Counted from the stretch's first letter, positions 1 to 9,504 are shown. The stretch is DNA of 64,000 nt from an uncultured Gemmatimonadales bacterium (GCA_963798915.1 CAWCVB010000006.1:150856-214855); one strand, 5' to 3'. Numbers and translations: made by a program. Notes: a model not told the origin generated them from the letters alone.

Positions 1-954
1 GGCGGGCGAGGTGTAGTACGCCTCCGGTGCACTGTCACCGGTGGCCGCCAACGGCCGAAGCGCAGGCTTGATCGCGAGCCGTGCGAGTTGCACCCCCAGC
101 AACGCCGGTGGCGCGCGCGATGCCGCAGCCGGGTAGAACTGCTGGCGCATGTAGTACTGGAACTCCTGGCTGAGCTGTTCCAGTGACCGGCCGTAGATCG
201 CAGCGATGGCAGCTTCGAACGAGGGGTAGTGATTGAGCTCGCGATAGAGCAGCGAGACCCGCCACTCGCCATAAGTGTCCGCCAGCCACTGGTGCAGCCG
301 GCCACCCAGCGGATAGACCAGGAAGCCGGTGTAATACTTGAGCTGCTGCATGGTCGGCAGGCGGCCGGAGTAGGTCAGGTCTCGCAGCATCATTTCATCG
401 CGCGCATCCTGTCCTCCCGACCAGAATTCGGCCAGGCCTTCGGTCCACCAGAGTGGAACACTGAATTGCGGTGCCCGCGGCGCCTGATGGAACGCGTCGC
501 TCATCATGCTGAACTGGAACACATGCACCATTTCGTGCCGAAGTGTGTTGCGGAATTCCGCCAGATTGCCACGAAAGGGCATCGTCACCCTTCGCTTCAT
601 GAAATCGGTGGCGCCCAGCAGGCCCTCAGGAGGGACGAATGGCAGGATGTTGGTCTGTTCAAAGTCCACATGGGACGCATAGATGATCAGCGGTATCCTG
701 GTCGACACCTCGTGTCCGAACCGGAGCGCAAGGGTATCGTAGCTGGCCTCGGCCCATTGGAGCGCGCTCGCCGCCAACCGGGCCTCCTGCGGATAGTAGT
801 AGAGATCCACATGGGGTCCGCGCAGCGTGCGCCAATCGAACTTTCGATACTGAATCTTGTTCTGGCCGAATTCGAAGAACTGAGCCCGGGCCGGTGTAGC
901 CGCGCCGGTGAGCACCAGCGCGACCAGAGCAAGCCTGCCGCAGGCGCGCGTCAG
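1..954 (-). CDS. Secreted zinc-metallopeptidase-like protein, N-terminal part (gene runs off the window start)
   Basis: Absent from the ORF track because it is truncated by the window edge. My minus-strand translation gives the signal peptide ..RLALVALVLTGAATPARA/QFFEFGQNKIQYRKFDWRTLRGPHVDLYYYP.. and an HExxH motif (RHEMVHVF). The 229..984 + ORF is its antisense. Start is uncertain; the only codon giving a full signal peptide is CTG 954-952. Confidence 0.6.
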   Translation of the reverse strand, partial: MTRACGRLALVALVLTGAATPARAQFFEFGQNKIQYRKFDWRTLRGPHVDLYYYPQEARLAASALQWAEASYDTLALRFGHEVSTRIPLIIYASHVDFEQTNILPFVPPEGLLGATDFMKRRVTMPFRGNLAEFRNTLRHEMVHVFQFSMMSDAFHQAPRAPQFSVPLWWTEGLAEFWSGGQDARDEMMLRDLTYSGRLPTMQQLKYYTGFLVYPLGGRLHQWLADTYGEWRVSLLYRELNHYPSFEAAIAAIYGRSLEQLSQEFQYYMRQQFYPAAASRAPPALLGVQLARLAIKPALRPLAATGDSAPEAYYTSPA

Positions 955-2990
955 CGCCGAATGGTGCGGATGATGTCGCCCTGAGTCAGGCGCACGAGGG
1001 TGGGGTATCCGGCGACCACCTTGCCGAAGACCGTATAGGTGCCATCGAGATGAGGCTGCGGACTGAGATTGATGAACCATTGGCTGCTCCCCGTATCGGG
1101 GCCTGACAGGGCCATGCCGATGACCGGCTGATCATAGTGCTGGCTGTTGATCTCGTCCCGGACAAGCCGCCCGGACGACCCCCAGCCATCGCCACGCGGG
1201 TCCCCGTCCTGCACCACGAAGTCCGGGACGACGCGATGCCAGCGATTGCCATCGAAAAAGTGACGGTCCACCAGCGACAGGAAATTGGCCACCGTGAGCG
1301 GAGCGTCGGGTCCCATGAGCTCGAGTTCCACCGTGCCACGCTGCTCGGTTTCGATTACGACGTGCGGACGGCGCACAGAATCTGGCGCCACGATGTATCG
1401 CCGCACGATCTCGCGATAGTCCTGGAGTGTTCGCCCCGGCTCGAGTGGATAGGCAGGGCCCCAGCGTGCGGCGGCGTCCGGCCAATATGACTCCGCCCAT
1501 GCACGAATGACGTAATCGTCCGGTCGGCGTGCACGGCTGAACAGGGCCTGGTTCACATCCGCCTGCACCTGTCCCCCACGCTCACTGATCAGGCGGAGTC
1601 CGTCCAGGGCTGCGAGGGCGGCGTCGGGGAAGGAATCGCTTCCAGCCCGCAGGTAGGCGTCGGCAAGGCCGGCAATGTCCTCTGGCCTTCTGGCCCGGGC
1701 CAGAATGCCGGCGGCCACCGCCCGCATGACACCGTCGGACGAACGCAAGCGTCGGCGCGCGATGGCGAGCAACGGCGCATCTGGCTCAGCCTGGGAGGAT
1801 GACCAGGCGAGGAGCGCCGCTGCCGCCACCCGGGAATCCCGGTCATCCAGCAGCGCTGGCCTGGCGTGAAAGGAGCCGCTCGCCTCGGCCGCCGCCATCC
1901 GGCCGGGCCAGTCGGGTCGGCCGGCCCAGCGTTGCAGGCGGGGGCGCGCCGCCGTGGTGTCAATGCGTGACAGCGAGAGCAAGGCGGCCCGGTCAAGGGC
2001 AAAGAATGTTCCCTTGTCAATCACCTCGGTGAGCACGCGCACAGCGCCGGCTCCTCCCAGGTCGCCCAGGGACTGCGCGGCGCTCACCCGGACATTCGGC
2101 ACCGGGTCATTCAAGCGGTCAGCGACGCGCTCGGCCATGCTGGAATCACCCAGCGTGCCAATGGCGCGAAGCGCCGCTATGCGCACGCCCGGGTCGTCAT
2201 CCGTGAGCAGCGGCAGCAGCAGGCGGGCGACCGCATCCCGTCCCAGACCGGCGCTGTCGACGAACGCCGGCGTGAAGGCCCGCACCGCGGCCGCGCGAGT
2301 GAGCGCCAGCGGATCGCGCATCGCCTCAGCCAGGCGCCGTGCCGCCGACGGTGGACGCAGGCGGCTCAGCGAATAGACCGCGCGCCATCGCATGTCGCCG
2401 CTGGTATCCGAAGTGAGCGGAAGCAAGGCGGTGACCGGCGCATCAGATCCCAGACGCCAGGCTTCCCGGGCGATACGCCGTCGCAGCAGTTCGAGGGCGT
2501 CCACGTCGAGTGCCACGCGGCCGCTCAGGATGGAACGGAAAATGTCCCCGACCCTGGGCCCGCCGATCTTTGCCAGCGAGGTCATGGCCTCAACCGCGCT
2601 CGAGATGTCCAGCACCGGCTCGGAGCGCAGTCGCTCGAGAATCGGATCGATGGCGGCCGTATCTGCCAGCAGCCCCAGTCCGAAGACGGCGGAGAGCCGG
2701 ACCGTCGTATCGGCATCCGTCATGGCCCGGATGAGCAAGTCGAGTCCGCGATGATCACCGATGCGACCGATGGCCACGGCGGCGAAGCTGCGGACCGATG
2801 AGTCAGGGTGGGTCAGAGCGGCATTGAGCACGGCCGAGTCGAATCGGCGGCTGTCCTCCGCCTGAAGCACCGGCGCCAGCACCTCGATGGTAGCACTTTC
2901 CTGCGCGTGGACACTTCGCACCGTGCCGGCATGGACAGCCAGGAGCGCCACGAAAACAACCACCCGTCGACAGACCGAAACACGCTTCAT
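951..2990 (-). CDS. Secreted HEAT-repeat protein fused to a C-terminal cyclophilin-type peptidyl-prolyl isomerase
   Basis: N-terminal signal peptide (VVVFVALLAVHAGTVRSVHA). Long Ala/Leu/Arg-rich HEAT-like repeats (..D.D..VR..A..ALG..). The C-terminus PLTVANFLSLVDRHFFDGNRWHRVVPDFVVQDGDPRGDGWGSSG...GSSQWFINL..LDGTYTVFGKV is a classic cyclophilin. ATG start with GGAGA upstream. Confidence 0.8.
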   Translation of the reverse strand: MKRVSVCRRVVVFVALLAVHAGTVRSVHAQESATIEVLAPVLQAEDSRRFDSAVLNAALTHPDSSVRSFAAVAIGRIGDHRGLDLLIRAMTDADTTVRLSAVFGLGLLADTAAIDPILERLRSEPVLDISSAVEAMTSLAKIGGPRVGDIFRSILSGRVALDVDALELLRRRIAREAWRLGSDAPVTALLPLTSDTSGDMRWRAVYSLSRLRPPSAARRLAEAMRDPLALTRAAAVRAFTPAFVDSAGLGRDAVARLLLPLLTDDDPGVRIAALRAIGTLGDSSMAERVADRLNDPVPNVRVSAAQSLGDLGGAGAVRVLTEVIDKGTFFALDRAALLSLSRIDTTAARPRLQRWAGRPDWPGRMAAAEASGSFHARPALLDDRDSRVAAAALLAWSSSQAEPDAPLLAIARRRLRSSDGVMRAVAAGILARARRPEDIAGLADAYLRAGSDSFPDAALAALDGLRLISERGGQVQADVNQALFSRARRPDDYVIRAWAESYWPDAAARWGPAYPLEPGRTLQDYREIVRRYIVAPDSVRRPHVVIETEQRGTVELELMGPDAPLTVANFLSLVDRHFFDGNRWHRVVPDFVVQDGDPRGDGWGSSGRLVRDEINSQHYDQPVIGMALSGPDTGSSQWFINLSPQPHLDGTYTVFGKVVAGYPTLVRLTQGDIIRTIRR

Positions 2991-3008
2991 CGCATCTCCA
3001 TGAGCGGC

Positions 3009-3455
3009 TCACACATCAAGGCGTACCGGATCCGGGACCGGCACCAGCCGGGACCGGATCGTTTCCGGCAGTCGTGCAGGACGCATGCCGGCGTCCAGCA
3101 CCATCATGTCGGTCCGAGCGGTGGCGAGCAGACGGTTCGATTCCCCGTGCTCCACGGCGTAGCCGAAGGTGACCCGGCGCGAGGCGCAGTCGCGGACCCA
3201 GCATCGAACCTGCACAAGATCGTCGTACCGGGCAGGGCTGGCGTAGCGAATGGCGAGCCCACCGACCGCCAACCGGAAGCCCGACTCCTCCAGCTCACGG
3301 TAACTGATGCCCGTCCCCCTGAGGTGCTCAGTCCGTGCCACGTCGAGCCACACCACGTAGCGCGCATGGTAGGCGACCGCCATCTGGTCTGTCTCCGAAT
3401 AATTGACGCGAAGCGTCACGGTCGACACACCTGGCAGGTTCATGGCGTGGAGCAT
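3009..3455 (-). CDS. Acyl-CoA thioesterase, YbgC/4HBT hotdog family
   Basis: VNYSETDQMAVAYHARYVVWLDVARTEHLR..GFRLAVGGLAIRYASPARYDD matches the YbgC-type signature. Trimmed from the track ORF (3569) to an internal ATG. Confidence 0.75.
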   Translation of the reverse strand: MLHAMNLPGVSTVTLRVNYSETDQMAVAYHARYVVWLDVARTEHLRGTGISYRELEESGFRLAVGGLAIRYASPARYDDLVQVRCWVRDCASRRVTFGYAVEHGESNRLLATARTDMMVLDAGMRPARLPETIRSRLVPVPDPVRLDV

Positions 3456-3460
3456 CCGGG

Positions 3461-4240
3461 TTGGAGATTCGGGATCGCGTTGCGACCGACACAGGACGAA
3501 CGGTATCTTGTGCCGTGCCGGTACAACGCCTGCTCGTCGTCGGGGACGCCCATATCGGGGCCGCGCCACCGGAGAATGAGTCCGCCCTTCTTCGCTTCTT
3601 CCGCGAGGCGCCGGGCCGGGCCGACTCGCTGCTGGTCGTCGGCGACCTGTTCGAATTCTGGTTCGGCTGGCGGGAGACGATCCCCCGGCGCGCCTTCCCC
3701 ATTGCCGCTGCCCTCGCGGAGCTGGCCGCGCGCATGCCGGTCAGCATGGTGGGCGGCAACCACGACCGCTGGGGCCGGCCATTCTGGGCCTCGACCGCGG
3801 GGCTCGCCTGGTCCCGCGCCGCACTGGAATTCCCGCTCGGCGGCCGCATGATCCGGGCCCTGCACGGCGACGGTCTCGCCGAGCGACCTGGACGACTCCG
3901 CTGGACGCATCGGCTCATCGGTCACCCAGCCACCGCTGCAATCTTCGCCCTGCTGCACCCGGACATCGGCGTCTGGCTGGTGGATCGCGTGGCGCCGCAT
4001 CTCGGCGACCGCAACGCTACCCCGGCGCATCGTGCCGCGAGCGCGGCACGGCAACTGGCCTACGCACGCCTTGCCTCTGCCGGCACGGTTCCGCCCTGGA
4101 TGCTCATCATGGGTCACACGCACGTGGCAGCCTACGAGGAGCTGGCTCCGGGCAGCTTCTACCTGAATCCGGGGCCCTGGCTGGAGGAGCAGCGCTACGC
4201 CATCGTGGACGCGGACGGTGCAGCGCTCCGGACCTTCTAG
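3461..4240 (+). CDS. lpxH: UDP-2,3-diacylglucosamine hydrolase-like metallophosphoesterase (LpxH-like)
   Basis: LLVVGDAHIG...LLVVGDLFEFWFGW...GGNHDRW...MGHTH metallophosphoesterase motifs in LpxH order. The true start may be GTG 3515 (VPVQRLLVVGD). Confidence 0.6.
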   Translation: MEIRDRVATDTGRTVSCAVPVQRLLVVGDAHIGAAPPENESALLRFFREAPGRADSLLVVGDLFEFWFGWRETIPRRAFPIAAALAELAARMPVSMVGGNHDRWGRPFWASTAGLAWSRAALEFPLGGRMIRALHGDGLAERPGRLRWTHRLIGHPATAAIFALLHPDIGVWLVDRVAPHLGDRNATPAHRAASAARQLAYARLASAGTVPPWMLIMGHTHVAAYEELAPGSFYLNPGPWLEEQRYAIVDADGAALRTF

Positions 4241-5031
4241 TCGAGCGGCACCACTTCCGCGCGCTCCAGCCGCGCTCCGACAAACCGCGCTCCTACAGCG
4301 AGAAACCGGCTGGCATCATCGCTCACCGCAAAACGGTGAGTACCAATCGTCCCATTGGCTTCGAGCTGTTCGCGCTTCAGGATCTCGGCCAGGGCGATAG
4401 CCGTTTGCTCGGCGGAATCGATCAACGTGACCTGATCGCCTACGACCCGCTGCAGGAGCGGCTTGATGAGCGGATAGTGGGTGCAACCCAGCACCAGGGT
4501 GTCCATCCCGCTCGCCATGAGAGGTGCCAGATACTCGCGGGCGACGAGTTCCAGCGCCGGGTGGTCAAACCACCCTTCCTCGATGAATGGCACCAGCAGC
4601 GGGCAGGCGCGCTGGTTGACCGCGGTGTCCGGCCGCCGGCGGCGGATGGCTGCCGGATAGGCCTCACTGGCAATCGTACCAGCGGTTCCGATAACGCCGA
4701 CGCTGGCACGGGTCGCGGCGGCGGCGGCACGAGCGCCAGGCTCGATGACGCCAATCACCGGCACCGGCGAAATCTCCTTCAGCTCCGGAAGGGCGTGCGC
4801 CGTGCTGGTGTTGCACGCCACGACCACAGCCTTGACGTTCTGCGCCAGCAGCCAGCTCAGAATTTCCCGGCTGTAGCGCCGCACGGTGTCCGGCGACTTG
4901 GGGCCATAGGGCACGCGCGCCGTGTCACCGAAATAGACCGTCGATTCCGCCGGCAGCCTGTCAAAGACGGCCCGCGCGACGGTGAGCCCACCGATGCCCG
5001 AGTCAAAGATCCCTATCGGGGCGGAATTCAT
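4237..5031 (-). CDS. murI: Glutamate racemase
   Basis: IGIFDSGIGGLTVARAV, VVACNTSTAHAL and LVLGCTHYPL motifs. ATGA overlap with the upstream gene. Confidence 0.9.
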   Translation of the reverse strand: MNSAPIGIFDSGIGGLTVARAVFDRLPAESTVYFGDTARVPYGPKSPDTVRRYSREILSWLLAQNVKAVVVACNTSTAHALPELKEISPVPVIGVIEPGARAAAAATRASVGVIGTAGTIASEAYPAAIRRRRPDTAVNQRACPLLVPFIEEGWFDHPALELVAREYLAPLMASGMDTLVLGCTHYPLIKPLLQRVVGDQVTLIDSAEQTAIALAEILKREQLEANGTIGTHRFAVSDDASRFLAVGARFVGARLERAEVVPLD

Positions 5032-5492
5032 CGGAGGTGCAGAGGAATCGACGCGCCGGCGCTGAGACCGCCCGGGAAAGCCTTCAGGTCAAGTTCGGCC
5101 GGAAAATCCCAGAGCTTCGCCGACACGTAGGCTTCCAGCGCGCTGAGCACGTGATTGATTCCCATATACACCAACCAGTCCTCGCGCTTCCGGGTGTATT
5201 GATCGATCAGCACCTCGTCACCCGCATTCCTGGCCCGGTTCAGGTCGTGCTGGCTTTTCACTACCATCGTCGCCGTGCCGGCCTCGCCGGCAATGAACAG
5301 CAGTGCCGTGAGTTCGCGCCCGAGCGACAGCTGGCCCCAGCCGGGTACGACCAGCGATTTGAGCATGTTTCCTGTCGCACTCGGCCGATGAAGCGCAGCG
5401 GTATCGACCAACTGGGGCGCAGCGGCAGCTGGCGCGGAGTCCGTTGTGGTGGAATCCTGGGCTGACAGACTGCTCACAGCCAGGAGGAGCAA
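5028..5492 (-). CDS. Hypothetical membrane/secreted protein with PGWGQ motif (DUF5683-like)
   Basis: LLLAVSSLSAQ signal-like segment, then SLVVPGWGQLSLGRELTALLFIAGEAG. The track ORF extends to 5678 but runs through the tRNA-Sec gene. Start is unresolved: TTG 5492, or GTG 5558 inside the tRNA. Confidence 0.4.
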   Translation of the reverse strand: MLLLAVSSLSAQDSTTTDSAPAAAAPQLVDTAALHRPSATGNMLKSLVVPGWGQLSLGRELTALLFIAGEAGTATMVVKSQHDLNRARNAGDEVLIDQYTRKREDWLVYMGINHVLSALEAYVSAKLWDFPAELDLKAFPGGLSAGASIPLHLR

Positions 5493-5529
5493 CAGGCAGC
5501 CCGGCCACCAGGCGGCCGAGCGCCGCCGG

Positions 5530-5627
5530 TGGCGGGAGTGTGTGGGAATCGAACCCACCGGAGCCGCCAGTGGCGCCTCCGACGCGATTTTGAAGATCGG
5601 CCGGGCCACCAGACCCGTTCCACCCCC
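5530..5627 (-). tRNA. selC: tRNA-Sec (anticodon UCA), CCA encoded
   Basis: Hand fold of the reverse complement gives these features:
- 8-position acceptor stem GGGGGTGG/ACACTCCC (7 pairs plus G.A)
- 6-bp D stem CGGGTC/GGCCCG with a 4-nt loop TGGT
- anticodon loop CT-TCA-AA
- ~9-bp extra arm
- 5-bp T stem GTGGG/CCCAC with TTCGATT loop
- discriminator G, then CCA
The anticodon stem is imperfect. Confidence 0.85.
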
Positions 5628-5681
5628 AGGTGGGCTGTCCTGGGAGCGCGCCGCGCCGGGCGACGTCCAGGCGCGCATCTC

Positions 5682-6062
5682 TCAGTTCCCGATCACAGCG
5701 ATAAGGTCGATCTCGACCCGGGCGCCTTTCGGCAGCCCGGCGGCCGCCACCGTGCTGCGGGCAGGCCGGTGTGCTCCAAAGTGACGCGCGTAGACCGCGT
5801 TCATTGCCTGAAAGTCGTCCATGTCCGCGAGATACACGGTCGTCTTGACGACACACGAAAGGTCGGCCCCGGCCGCGGCAAGTACCGCGACGAGATTGGC
5901 AAAGACCTGCTCGGTTTGCGCAGCGGTGTCCGCGCCCACGAGTTCCATGGTGACCGGGTCGAGCGCAATCTGGCCCGCTGTGTACAGCAGGTTGGCATGG
6001 CGCACGGCCTGGCTGTAGGGCCCGATGGCGCGGGGCGCCTGTTCAGTCGCGACAAAGTCCAT
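5682..6062 (-). CDS. ridA: RidA/YjgF family reactive-intermediate deaminase
   Basis: APRAIGPYSQAV..LYTAGQIALDP...VKTTVYL.DM.DF..MN.VY and a C-terminal RVEID. Confidence 0.85.
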   Translation of the reverse strand: MDFVATEQAPRAIGPYSQAVRHANLLYTAGQIALDPVTMELVGADTAAQTEQVFANLVAVLAAAGADLSCVVKTTVYLADMDDFQAMNAVYARHFGAHRPARSTVAAAGLPKGARVEIDLIAVIGN

Positions 6063-6064
6063 GA

Positions 6065-7738
6065 TCAGGAGAGACCCTCGATGGTGCCGTCCGCGGAGAG
6101 GTGCATCCCCTCCGCGGCAGGCGTTCTGGGCAGGCCCGGCATTGTCATGATGTCGCCGGCGAGGGCGACGACGAAGCCGGCCCCGGCGGAAGCGTAGACA
6201 TCCCGAATGGTAATCTGGAAGCCGCTCGGGCGGCCAAGCCGGGACGGATCATCGCTGAACGAATACTGGGTCTTGGCGATGCATACCGGCGTGGCACCGA
6301 GACCCATGGACTCGCACTGGGCAATCGAGCGCTCGGCCGCCGGCTGGAAAGTGACGCCGTCCGCGCCGTAGATTTCGCGAGCAATGGTCTCGATCTTGGC
6401 CTTGATCGGCGCCTCCGTGTCATAGATCGGATGAAAGCGGCCCTGGCCCTCGTCCAGCAGGGCAAGGACTTCCCTGGCGACGGCTTCCCCGCCCTCGCCG
6501 CCCTTTTCCCACACCTCACTCAGGGCGGCGCGCACGCCCCAGCTGTGGGCCGCATCCAGCACTGCCTGCACCTCCTCAGCTGAGTCGGTGACAAAACGGT
6601 TGAGTGCGACGACCAGTGGTACGCCGAACTTGCGGACGTTGGCGACGTGCGCTTCCAGGTTCACCAGCCCACGTCGCAGCGCGGCCACGTCCGGCGTCCC
6701 GAGCGCGTCCTTCCGCACCCCGCCGTTCATCTTCAGCGACCGGACGGTGGCCACGACTACCGCAGCCTCCGGATTCAGGTTGCCAAAGCGGCACTTGATG
6801 TCGAAGAACTTCTCGGCACCCAGGTCGGCCCCGAATCCTGCCTCGGTCAGGACGATGTCAGCCAGGGAGAGCCCCAGGCGCGTCGCCATGATGCTGTTGC
6901 AGCCGTGCGCGATATTGCCAAACGGCCCGCCATGGACCAGCGCGGGACCGCCTTCCAGCGTCTGCACCAGGTTGGGCAGGAGCGCATCCTTGAGCAGCAG
7001 CGTCATGGCGCCCGCGGCCTTGAGGTCGCCGGCGGTCACCGGCGTCTTGTCGCGCCGCAGGCCCACGATGATGCGGGCCAGGCGCGCCTCGAGATCCTCG
7101 AGATCGGTGGCCAGGCAGAGAATGGCCATGATCTCACTGCCGGGAACAATGACGAAACGGTCCTCCCGTGCGGGCCCCCCGTTGAGCCCGCCCAGTCCGA
7201 CGACGATGGATCGGAGCGCACGGTCGTTCATGTCCATGGTCCGGGGCCAGCTGATGCGGCGCTGATCCAGGCCCAGGGCATTGCCCTGATAGAGATGATT
7301 GTCAAGCAGGGCGGAGAGGAGATTGTGAGCCGAGGTGATCGCGTGGAAATCGCCGGTGAAATGCAGATTAATCTCGTCCATCGGGACCACCTGGGCGTAG
7401 CCGCCGCCGGCGGCCCCTCCCTTGACGCCGAAGACCGGGCCCAGCGATGGCTCGCGGATACAGACCATGACCTTCTGCTTCAGTCGCCGCATCGCCTGCG
7501 CCAGGCCGACCGTCACCGTGCTCTTGCCTTCGCCAGCCGGCGTCGGGTTGATGCCCGTGACCAGCACGAGCCGGCCTCGGGGCTTGCGTGCCCGCAGCGC
7601 CTCCATGGTAACCTTGGCCTTGTAGCGCCCGTAGGGAAGAAACTCGTCGGGGCCCAGCCCGGCCTCCGCTGCCACATCGGCAATGGGGCGGAGCCGGGCT
7701 GCCTGCGCGATTTCGATGTCCGACGGAACTTTGCTCAC
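6065..7738 (-). CDS. fhs: Formate--tetrahydrofolate ligase
   Basis: SDIEIAQ.., [15 protein letters not shown] and family-wide similarity. Start moved to GTG 7738, which is preceded by GGGAGGG and avoids overlap with tatD. This gives ~557 aa. Confidence 0.92.
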   Translation of the reverse strand: MSKVPSDIEIAQAARLRPIADVAAEAGLGPDEFLPYGRYKAKVTMEALRARKPRGRLVLVTGINPTPAGEGKSTVTVGLAQAMRRLKQKVMVCIREPSLGPVFGVKGGAAGGGYAQVVPMDEINLHFTGDFHAITSAHNLLSALLDNHLYQGNALGLDQRRISWPRTMDMNDRALRSIVVGLGGLNGGPAREDRFVIVPGSEIMAILCLATDLEDLEARLARIIVGLRRDKTPVTAGDLKAAGAMTLLLKDALLPNLVQTLEGGPALVHGGPFGNIAHGCNSIMATRLGLSLADIVLTEAGFGADLGAEKFFDIKCRFGNLNPEAAVVVATVRSLKMNGGVRKDALGTPDVAALRRGLVNLEAHVANVRKFGVPLVVALNRFVTDSAEEVQAVLDAAHSWGVRAALSEVWEKGGEGGEAVAREVLALLDEGQGRFHPIYDTEAPIKAKIETIAREIYGADGVTFQPAAERSIAQCESMGLGATPVCIAKTQYSFSDDPSRLGRPSGFQITIRDVYASAGAGFVVALAGDIMTMPGLPRTPAAEGMHLSADGTIEGLS

Positions 7739-7754
7739 GATCCCTCCCAAGGCG

Positions 7755-8522
7755 TCAACCTGCAATCCGCTCTCCAAATATCCGGCGCGCATTGTCGCCG
7801 GTCAGACGCTCCACCGCAGTCGCTTCCCATCCCAGCACCTGGGCCAGGCGGTCGGCCACCAGACCCACATATGCCGGCTCATTGCGCCGGCCGCGATGGG
7901 GCACCGGCGCCAGGTATGGGCCGTCCGTCTCGAGGAGCAGTGATGCTTCCGGTACCCGGCGAATGGCATCGTCGGCCTTCCAGCTTCGGAAGGTGATCAT
8001 GCCGCTGAACGAGATGGCGTGTCCCAGTTCGATGGCTGCGTCGAGCAGGCCATCCCCGCTGCTGAACGAGTGAAGAATGCAGCGCACGCGCGGATGCTCG
8101 CGCAGGATGGCGATGACATCGTCGTCGGCCTCGCGGGCGTGCACGATCGCGGGCTTGCCCGCCTCCAGGGCCAGCGCAAGCTGGGCACCGAAGGCGCGTT
8201 GCTGGACAGCGCGCGGCGAGTGGTCGTAGTGATAATCCAGCCCCATCTCACCAGCAGCCACCACCTCGGGCCTGCCCAGTCGTTCACGGAGCCAGTCCGC
8301 CGTCGTGTCTGACCATTCGGATGCCACGTGCGGGTGCACGCCCGCCGTCGCCGACCAGTGGGGCTGGCCCTGGACCAGATCAATCACCCGCTCGGACGTC
8401 TCGCGCGAGTCGCCGATGACCACCACGTGGGCGACGCCCGCCTCCCGTGCGCGCACTGCCACCTCAGCGCGATCGGGGTCGTATGCCGAATCGCCGAGAT
8501 GGCAGTGCGTGTCCACGAGCAT
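7755..8522 (-). CDS. tatD: TatD family metal-dependent hydrolase
   Basis: MLVDTHCHL.., GEMGLDYHY, ..IVHAREA, ..[17 protein letters not shown]. Trimmed to ATG 8522, 2 nt after the secF stop. Confidence 0.85.
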   Translation of the reverse strand: MLVDTHCHLGDSAYDPDRAEVAVRAREAGVAHVVVIGDSRETSERVIDLVQGQPHWSATAGVHPHVASEWSDTTADWLRERLGRPEVVAAGEMGLDYHYDHSPRAVQQRAFGAQLALALEAGKPAIVHAREADDDVIAILREHPRVRCILHSFSSGDGLLDAAIELGHAISFSGMITFRSWKADDAIRRVPEASLLLETDGPYLAPVPHRGRRNEPAYVGLVADRLAQVLGWEATAVERLTGDNARRIFGERIAG

Positions 8523-8524
8523 GC

Positions 8525-9502
8525 TCAGGACGCCGTCTGGGTTCGCCTCCTGGGGGCACCGGGCTGTTCCTTCTTGCGCGTGCCGCGCACATTCGGCGCG
8601 GGCCACTTTTCCTCGATGGCCATCAGGATCGGGCTCGCCACATAGATGGACGAGAACGTGCCGGTCGCCACGCCGAACAGCATCACCAGTGCGAATGGCC
8701 GGATGACTTCGCCGCCAAAGAAGGTGAGCGCCAGCAGCGAGGCGATCGTGGTGCCGTGGGTCAGCACGCTGCGGGGCAGCGTCTCGTTGATGGACCGATT
8801 GAGGATATCCTTGAAGCTGGCGTCCTTGGACTTGTGCAGATTCTCGCGGGCGCGGTCAAAGATGATGATGGTGTCGTTCAGTGAATACCCCACCATGCTG
8901 AGCACGGCCGCCACCACCGTGAGGCTCACTTCCAGGTGCAGGAACGAAATGAACGCGATGGTCGCGAGGATGTCATGGGCCGTCGCCAGCACCGCCGCCA
9001 CGCCGAAGCGCCACTCGAAACGGAGCGCCAGATAGGCGAGCACGGCAAAGAACGAGAGGAAGATGGCGAGGAAGGCGCGCGAACGAAGCTCGCCGCCGAC
9101 CTTGGGCCCGACGCCGTGGGTCCGCACCACCTCGTACGTGCCGTGGCCCAGCACCGCGTCGAGCGCTCCGGAGACTTCGCGCGCGGCCGCCTGCGTATCG
9201 TTGGGGTCGGTGCCGGCCAGGGACGAGCGGGCCCGAATGACATAATCCTGGTCACTGCCGAAGGATTGGATCTCGGCGTTGTGGATACCGTGTGCCTCCA
9301 GCCCGCTGCGCAGCTGGCTCACGTCCACGGCCTGGGCGCTGTGGACCTGGATCAGCGTGCCGCCAGTGAACTCCACGCTGTAATTGAGGCCGCGCACGGC
9401 CAGCACGATGAGCCCGGGAATCACGAACAGCGCCGTGACGGCGTACGCCCAGCGTCGCAGGCCGATGAAGTCGTAGTTGGCGTGGGCAAAGAAGCGAGTC
9501 AT
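8525..9502 (-). CDS. secF: Protein translocase subunit SecF
   Basis: YDFIGLRRWAY.., NYSVEFTGGT and C-terminal TM bundle typical of SecF. Directly follows secD. Confidence 0.9.
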   Translation of the reverse strand: MTRFFAHANYDFIGLRRWAYAVTALFVIPGLIVLAVRGLNYSVEFTGGTLIQVHSAQAVDVSQLRSGLEAHGIHNAEIQSFGSDQDYVIRARSSLAGTDPNDTQAAAREVSGALDAVLGHGTYEVVRTHGVGPKVGGELRSRAFLAIFLSFFAVLAYLALRFEWRFGVAAVLATAHDILATIAFISFLHLEVSLTVVAAVLSMVGYSLNDTIIIFDRARENLHKSKDASFKDILNRSINETLPRSVLTHGTTIASLLALTFFGGEVIRPFALVMLFGVATGTFSSIYVASPILMAIEEKWPAPNVRGTRKKEQPGAPRRRTQTAS

Positions 9503-9504
9503 AG

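Noticed and set aside
229-984. 251-aa plus-strand ORF at the window start
   Set aside because: It is antisense to the truncated HExxH peptidase gene, whose minus-strand translation has a signal peptide and conserved motifs. The plus-strand product has no recognisable features.
5493-5678. Upstream part of ORF 5028-5678
   Set aside because: It runs straight through the tRNA-Sec gene on the same strand. The residues GGGTGLVARPIFKIASEAPLAAPVGSIPTHS are simply the tRNA read as protein. Only the start-site ambiguity is kept as a finding.
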